DNA of 62,692 nt, the filler included, from Collodictyon triciliatum (Eukaryota): assembly GCA_043381765.1 (NCBI GenBank). It is 6 parts of 6 records of this genome, joined end to end, with 100 filler letters (N's around TTAATTAATTAA, not from the genome) between each part and the next. Parts side by side here need not be neighbours in the genome. Positions count along the whole stretch, not along the records: positions 44,763 to 62,692 come from JBHJMP010000470.1; 5 more parts are not named here. One strand, written 5' to 3'. Below, piece after piece: positions 54,419 through 62,692 of this stretch (the stretch's first letter is position 1; each line of letters starts with the position of its first letter). The notes below the pieces were generated by a model. It searched no databases. It saw nothing but the letters and a program-made list of their open reading frames with translations, and was not told where the DNA came from. A program made the translations under genes and the position numbers.

Positions 54419-57400
54419 CATTAGTAACATGCCTGTTCCTTACGTTGGATTGACCACGACAAAAAAAGGACCAGACATAATGCCCAGAAAAATGACGATT
54501 TATGGATTAGGCGTACATTCAAAATATTATTGCTTTCCATACTTTTGTCGAATACCCATATGTCATCTAGGGTACATCCTGATGAAGAAGATCCACTAAA
54601 TATAACAAGGCTATTGGAAATAGCACCTGCCACACTTCCATACTTGGGTGGTAGATATATGACGCCCTCAATGTCAGAATCAACTTTTATTGAACTTACA
54701 ACCTTACAGATATCTAAGTAGTTATTTTGCCCAAAATTATCAGATTATTAATTTTACTTCACAACAAACCAAAGTGTTCAAATTTCAAACAGTACCTAAG
54801 TCTATGAGAAGGATATCGTTCAAAACTGTCGGACCCGAAATACCGCCGTGTGCAATGAGAATATTCCCATTCAAGGTGAATGCACTCATCTGTCTGCTCA
54901 AGGTAAGAGTATACTGATTGAGGGACTGGAAACAACTACTCTTTGTGACACCTCCTTTGTGCTCCCAAGAACCATCCCCTAGAATTGTTTCAAGGATGTA
55001 ATAGATTGAGGAATAAATACATAAATGTATGGTCTCATGTTCAAATAAGACGATTGAGATGGAATTTCTGCTATTAAATGAGATACATTCACATTTTTTT
55101 TTACCAAAATCAAATGTCCAAACACTGCTACTTTCTACTTTCCCATCAAAGCCCCCATATATATACCAATAGTTATTGTAAATGACATGAGCTCCGTAGG
55201 ATAGTGGTGGTGCAGTGGAAGAGATACGAGACCAACTATCTTTTTCTAATAATGCAAAAGATTCTATTGAAACTTTCGAGATAACAGTTACTTTTCAAGT
55301 CATAATCAAATTGTTTGATAAGGAAAAGAGAGGTAGAAATGAACAAAACCTGGAATATACACCCACAGCTCTCTGTTAACTCCGCCAAGTTTCTAAAGAA
55401 TTCATCATGATTGCCATGAAAGAACTGCTGAGAGTGCACATTATATAAGTATTCGCAATATCGGTAGTTTACTCACGGATATGCCTCCAAAGACAAACAT
55501 CCTGGATGATTGGGTGACTGAATGACACCCGGCAAAGTGCACAGGAGACAAAGAGTGACGGACCCAAAGCTTCTTTTTAAATGATATTGAATAAAGATAT
55601 GCATCCGAATCGGATGCAGAGACTCCTCCGTTAACATATGCTTCATCTCCTATCATAGATATACATGATCCATATCGCCCGTGAGGAATTTGACCATGAA
55701 TAGCTGTTTGGTTCCATCGTTGTGCATCTATAAATAAAATTATATTAAAAACGGAGTTATTTATGGGGATGCATGTATTTAAAATCGTGAGAGCAAGCGC
55801 ATCAAGTTTAACTCCTCTCATCTGACAAAGAATAGAATAGAATAGAATAGAATAATAAACAAAAGTTGAATTGGTATGGGACGTTATTTTCTCTATCTTC
55901 CAAGAATGGTGATAATCGATGATAACAAACGCTCATCAGATGTAGAAAAAATCCAAGTCATGTTATAGAATGTCGGGTTGTTGGACTCAGGATTCGAGAT
56001 GCCTCCCAATATATGAAATACGTCATCATAGGAGAAAGATAGTCCAAGATGCATCGGAGGAGGTCGAGACACAGCCAGAATGTGACTTGTTGAAGATGAC
56101 TGAACTTCGGCTATAAATATTGAATGCACAATATATCAACCGTGTAACATTCTCTGGTCTATTTCTGGTCGTATCATACCAAAATAAAATGATATAGGTA
56201 TTGACGGATGTATATAATCGATGCTACCCCTATCCTTTGTAGCTCCATGAATATGGTTATATCGGGTTGAATGGTAAGATAAAATGAGGAAAAGAAAATA
56301 CCAGTATATTTTCCTCATATACTTACAAAAAAAGTCCTTCGATATGGCAGTGCTTTCGTGGCAGTCTCTCTACCAATAGCAACAAAACAAAACAAAACAA
56401 AACAAAACAAAACAAAACAAAACAAAACAAAACAAAACAAAACAAAACAAAACAAAACAAAACAAAACAAAACAAAACAAATTATATTGAAAAAATGTTC
56501 ACATTAGAGGGTATATTACATCTTAAAATTTCTAGAAATGAGCTGTTTCTCTCTCTCCATCTCTCGATTTCGTTACCGTATCACAGGGGAGGCACTCTCC
56601 AACGAAATTAACGAATCTTCCTGTGGGACATACGCATCCGTTTGCCCAAATAAATCCATAAGAGCAGTCTAGAACCGAACATCAATATTTATCCATCAGA
56701 ATGCTTCATTCTTCTATAATTATAAGCTAACTGTCGGCTTTCTCTTTCTCCTCAAAAATAATTACAAGATGATGTTGTCGTGTCTCAAAAAAAATAGAAT
56801 ATCTGACCATGAAAATCGATGTTGAATCCACCATCAGTGCCACGGTGAGAAGGAACGATGAGACGAATCATAACTGTGGCTCCATAGTAAGAAAAGAATC
56901 GTCCTTGATCTTCTCGTTGAATACTCACCTTGACAAATTTAAGTGTTCATATAACATGAATACAAAAGGGATCCTGCTTATTTTAAAAATGCTCAGAGGA
57001 GTATAATTATAAGGGGTTTGGTGGAGTCGTGATGATTACAGTTTGCTTTGGTTCATCTTGGAATGAATTATAACGAGTCATTTTGCATTTCTCCACAACA
57101 TTGATAATAAGCTGACTGTCTGGACTAATATCTACAAAACTAAACTGCAGGATGGAGAGCTCATAAGTAAAAAGAAAGAATGAAAAAAAAACATCTAGAA
57201 TGAATTTTATTTTTATTTTCATCGAGAGGTCAATTTTTTTGAAGACGTATCGAAAGGAAAGATTTAACCTCAAGTAAGTTTGCATTTCTAACAACCCATG
57301 TGCAGTCTGTCTCTGGTAAAACATACAGTTCCTCACTCCCATCATCGAGTCTGACAATTGTGTTTGCATCGATGTAGGTTTTTTTGCGGCAAAAAGCTAA

Positions 57401-60400
57401 GCCAAACCGAACGATGATAAGCCCGGTAGCATATATTGAGTAAATTGTTGATTTTTCGGAGATAAATAATAGTAAATAAATAAATGAAAACGGAAAAATT
57501 CAAACATAACAAAAAGAAACGAAACATGCCCAAAATTCAAACAAACATATGAATTATCAAATGAAAACTAACCAAGAGTCTTTATAAAGGCAGCAGGGAG
57601 TGTAGAAGTGTATCTTGTCAGAGAGTTATATCCTGCGAAATAGATCCACTTATTTCCGATCGAAACGGATGAATATAGAGACTGACCAGGGAGTATGATA
57701 TCTTTCGGAAGCTGCCGGCAATATCGACTGGCTTTAATCGATATATTTTGATAAAAAATATTGTTAATGAAATCTTTTCTTAGGCCCCTGTTTACTTTCT
57801 TTTCAATTGGCTTGAATATGAAAGTAGAAGTGAATAGGAATGCGTACCAAAGTCAAAGACATAAAATCCGATTGAGGCAAATCTCGCAGTGTAAATAAAG
57901 AGGTAGGAGCGAAATACGGATAAAGCTTCTGGAATGCGGGGGCATTGACTTGTGTCGTCATCATATCTTACCCATTCTAAATCTAATTTGTATGTAAATG
58001 TAAATGAAAAGCAAAATTGGCACACTCGTGAAAAAAAGTATCGTTTCTTCCTTGCTTCAAAATAAAAAAAAATTACATACGCTCTTTGTAGCACCAAATA
58101 TCTTTCGTATTAACTCCGTATGATACCCCGCCATAAAGGCATAGACGGTTATCATAGGAAAACAAAGCAGCAGCTTCTCTTGGGCTAGGTTCCACTCCTG
58201 CAGTTTTATAGACCACCCAAGAAGAATTCTGGAACATATACACAAATACGGGTGTATTTTCATTTTGATAGTATCCATATTCAATCGTCCATTTTTTGTT
58301 CCATAGGTACATTTTGTCATCGACAACTAGTGAATTTTTTGACTGGATGGATGTCGGGAGCGTGAACCCTGGATACGGAGTCGCCACGCGTGGTCTCCAA
58401 ATTTTCAGGGCTTTAGAAAAAAATGGTAGTTAATATAATTTTTTGGAAAAAATGGAAAGGAAAAAATGGAAAGGAAAAGGGAAAGGAAAAGGAAAAGGAA
58501 AAGGAAAAGGAAAAGGAAAAGGAAAAGGAAAAGGAAAAGGAAAAGGAAAAGGAAAAGGAAAAGAAAAANNNNNNNNNNNNNNNNNNNNNNNNNNNNNNNN
58601 NNNNNNNNNNNNNNNNNNNNNNNNNNNNNNNNNNNNNNNNNNNNNNNNNNNNNNNNNNNNNNNNNNNNAAAAGGAAAAGGAAAAGGAAAAGGAAAAGGAA
58701 AAGGAAAAGGAAAAGGAAAAGGAAAAGGAAAAGGAAAAGGAAAAGGAAAAGGAAAAGGAAAAGGAAAAGGAAAAGGAAAAGGAAAAGGAAAAGGAAAAGA
58801 AAAGGAAAAGGAAAAAGAAAAGAGAAAGAAAAAGAAAAGTGCATCAAATCTTCTTTCATTTATTCGTAGGACAAAATGATGAACATATATCTTACTCAGA
58901 TCGAAAATGTAGGTGAAATAGGATTTTCGACTATTCATATCATTTCCTCCAATTATATAAATTGCACCACTATATACGGCCAAAGCCTATTTTTTTTTAA
59001 AAAAATAAACTAGTAAAATTCGCAGGAAACCAAAATTAAATTTCAGGAAATGGCGAATAATATTTTGAAAGGGAACATCAAAAAAAATTATTTATTTAAA
59101 TTAAAGCCGAAGGAGGGTCCTTGAAAAAAAAAAAGGTACTAGTGTCCCAGCAGATAAACTTACAGGTCGCAAGATAATAGGAGGAGAGTTCATGTTCACT
59201 CTGTTCACACCAAAAGACATCGGATATAGAAGAACCCATTTCTTCGTCGCTAGGTATATGTTACGACAATAAGGATAACAATAAACTGTTGAAATGAAAC
59301 CAGAAAAAGCGACAATAAGAATAAGGAAAGGGACATGGATACGGATACGGATACAGATACGGATACAGATACGGATAAGGACGAATAGTTTAATTCTGAT
59401 AAAAACGTGAATATGAAGAGGTAAATGAGATGATTCTTTACCAACATCCAAGGACCATAAATCGTTGATGAATCCTAAATATCCGTAGCATGAGGTTCCA
59501 CCAAAAACGTAAACTTTACCATCTTGAACTGCTTTCGGGGAGTTCAATCGTGTCGGAGGAAAAATAGATGAAGAAGACTCCCATAAAAATGAGGCTATTA
59601 AAATAATCCATGAATATTGTATTATCTAATACAAAAGTATGTGTAGGGAGGAATATTAACGAGTTGAACGAACATTTAACCCTTCATGTTCAAATTGAAT
59701 AGAAAAAGAGAAGAAAAATAGACGAAAGGCGCATACTCAAATTTAATTTCCAAATAGTGGAATCAACGCATCCAGTGTATCCATTGGTCACCCACAAGAA
59801 ATTGTTTAGAATATTTAGACTGGGCATACGCTTTCCGTTGGGAGCAGAGATAGGAAGTACTTGATTTACAACTTTCGAGTAGTCGACATAATAAACTGTC
59901 TGCAATTTTTCTATGTTGATATTATGTGTTGGTTATGAAATTAGTTGATTTTTTTGGTGTTATTATCTATTATTGCCATATATCAGGTCTTACATAAGAG
60001 TATGTGTATTGGCTAATAAAAATATGAATAAGATGTAGCATGAAACTGTCTGCAGCTACCTATGTCAATAACAAGTATATCCGAGGTAGGTTGGAATGAT
60101 CCGAATGAAACTGGGGTTCCGGAAAATATATACCAATTTACTCCATTGAGAATATTTCCTCCATATGCTTTTGAAGGGGGTGTCCCATATGCTTGCGATG
60201 TTAAGAACGATAACTGGGTCCAACCAGATGATGCTTTGTAGCAGAGATTTGATTTAGGGTATACTTCATTTCAGGTAATGGCTATCAGTAATGCAATAAA
60301 AGGGAGAGAGAAAAAACGAAAATTCGGTTCAATCAAAAGGCTTCGGGGTAAAAGATATGCCTATATTTATGGGCATTGTGATTTATACAAATAATAAGAT

Positions 60401-61385
60401 TTTCCTATAATTTCAAAGAACAACGTACTTAGATTGAATCTCCATACTTCACTAAAGCACCTAAAACTACATCCCCCATAGTAATATAAGCAATTTTGAT
60501 ATATTGCTCGTTGTCCTCCCGATGCAGAAGGGACACGAATTGATTTTGGAAGCTGAGCCCAGCTGGTTTTCTCTTATTGCATGATGTATTTAAACCGGTA
60601 TTTAGATGTCAAATAATTTTGAATAAATACAAACAAATGAAAACAAAAGCCATGTTCTCAATTTCACTGATATCACTCAAAAAAATATTTAAATATACCA
60701 AGATCAAATCTCCAAACATCACCACTTGAGGTATCATCGACAAAATCATGCGCAAATATTGTATTATTCCATGAAAACATGAAAGAAAATAGTTCTATTT
60801 GTGGCTTAGGCGAATTAAGACTCATTTTGGTCCAAATACGATTGTTCATATCCAGGAAATAAACAAGGCGATCAACTAAGGGAGACATGTAATAAATCTA
60901 AAGATGTCAATATTAGTCTTAGATCCTCAACTATATGTACATTAAAAAAATGTATAGACAAATAAAATGTGCTTGTGAGGTGAGATATGTCATGAAAATA
61001 AAATGGTGTATTTTTAATAAATACTCTGTTTTCCAGAAGAACTGCTGAAAACATGTTTGATAACGCAGGAGTATCACCAAAGAGTTTGACCACAGACCAT
61101 CCATAATTACCTAAATATAAGGCAACCCCGATTTTTTTCAGATTTAGGACAATATTATATAAGAAAGATTAATCATACATACATACATACATACATACAT
61201 ACATACATACATACATACATACATACATACATACATACATACATACATACATACATACATACATACANNNNNNNNNNNNNNNNNNNNNNNNNNNNNNNNN
61301 NNNNNNNNNNNNNNNNNNNNNNNNNNNNNNNNNNNNNNNNNNNNNNNNNNNNNNNNNNNNNNNNNNNCATACATACATACATACA

Positions 61386-61417
<32 letters not shown>

Positions 61418-62247
61418 GACAAGACAAGACAAGACAAGACAAGACAAGACAAGACAAGACAAGACAAGACAAGACAAGACAAGTCAGGTCAGGTCAGGTC
61501 AGGTCAGGTCATCCACAATAAGATTATATGTTGATTTCGTACTTTGATCGTGGAGGACATGGAAATAGTTTATGTAGAGCTGCCCATCTAGCAAATAAGC
61601 AGATCCTCTACAAATGCAAAAGTAGGTAGGTATATAAAATTCAATTTTTTGGGTGAACGGATCAAGTAGTGCATAGACGGAGTTGAAAATTACATGAAAG
61701 AGCATCATGATCATAATGCATTAGAAATAAAGTAATATAATAATTCAAAGGAAACGAAGTTCGTAAAATATGAACGAACGAGTCTGGGAGCATGTACAGA
61801 GAGTAATTCCACATGAATGTTTTTCCGTATGGATAGTTAGGGATGACATCTGGTATCATTTCCCATTGGTCTCCAAGAGAAAGCTGAGCTGTTTTATATG
61901 CATAATCAATGCAAGTAAAAATGATTGCTTTTTTTATACCATATGAAAAATATAACATATCGTAAATATATTGGGCGCGTGCCCTGTACCAAGAAAAAAT
62001 GGTACATGGCATTATTTATCATTTTATTATTAAAAGGTTGGGATTGGTGACAGGGAGAAACAAGAACACTTTTTGACATGTATATAGTAACACGCACAAA
62101 TGACACATGGAAACTCATCCATGAAAGTAGCATTAGATCTATGTACTATCTATAATGGGGATGTGTAGTGGCTACATTACCTCGGACTTCTGTTGCAACA
62201 AGAACGAGCAAAACCAAAGTCAAACACGAAAGTAATTCTTTCGGCAT
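54035..62247 (-). CDS. Signal-peptide Kelch-repeat / CUB / Cys-rich / Kelch-repeat protein (attractin/MEGF8-like ectodomain); 3' end unresolved at N gap
   Basis: Exon 1 MPKELLSCLTLVLLVLVATEVR. Many YVFGG/IYGG...W kelch blades, CUB-like DDGSEELY...DCTWVV...GGFNIDF, and Cys-rich CVCPTG...CLPCD. Confidence 0.8.
58470..58800. repeat. (GGAAAA)n intronic microsatellite with gap
   Basis: Visible tandem repeat. Confidence 0.9.
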
Positions 62248-62692
62248 TTGAACTCAAACCGAGAACCGAAAGAACTTGCCGTATATCCTCTTCCTTCTTT
62301 TGGTTTCCTGGGTGCGAAGAACGATAAATGAAAGTCACCCTTCCTTCTCTTCTGAGTCGACGCTGCAAAAGTTTGATCCCTGCTATGTGCCCTCTCGACA
62401 AAGTCCTATATCACCAGGTTGGTTAATAAATAAAAAGTAAAATGAATACTTGAGTCGAGCGAAGACTTCGCAGTATCAGGGTCAAAGGAATAGGGAATAA
62501 TTTTAGAAATAAGATAAAATTAAAGGAGACAAATAGAATCGTATGTTCCTGTGATCATACGAAAAAAAAACTGTTTCTATTATATTATTATTATTATTAT
62601 TATGATTATGATTATGATTATGATTATGATTATGATTATGATTATGATTATGATTATGATTATGATTATGATTATGATTATGATTATGATTA

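Noticed and set aside
56930-57040. Apparent nonsense codon in the Kelch-CUB gene
   Set aside because: A phase-0 GT-AG intron (CAAACT|GTAATC ... TCAAG|GTGAGT) removes it and restores the CUB frame.

Overview
Draft genome of an intron-rich, SSR-rich eukaryote. CEP120, TTBK and a LETM1 with a mitochondrial presequence suggest a flagellated, mitochondriate protist. The window is six scaffolds joined by artificial N-TTAATTAATTAA-N linkers. Genes reconstructed by hand from exons: CTL/SLC44 transporter, TBC Rab-GAP, Vps66/AUP1-like acyltransferase (partial), CEP120, RPA3, a tandem-USP protein, GRP94, LETM1, an intronless GC-rich thioredoxin reductase ending CGGGKCG, an orphan multi-TM protein, TTBK, AP-3 beta, an M6PR/Atg27-like receptor, an FHA protein and a signal-peptide Kelch-CUB-Kelch protein. 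The main result is a decayed Fanzor (eukaryotic TnpB-like RNA-guided nuclease) at about 47.8-49.5 kb with a structured putative omegaRNA after its stop. An ORF-less copy of that scaffold core (53/60 identical) lies on another scaffold at 38.3 kb. Also notable: a U12-type AT-AC intron in TTBK, a predicted CaaX tail on TTBK, and an atypical tRNA-Leu(UAG)-like gene. All alignments and family calls were made by eye, without database searches.
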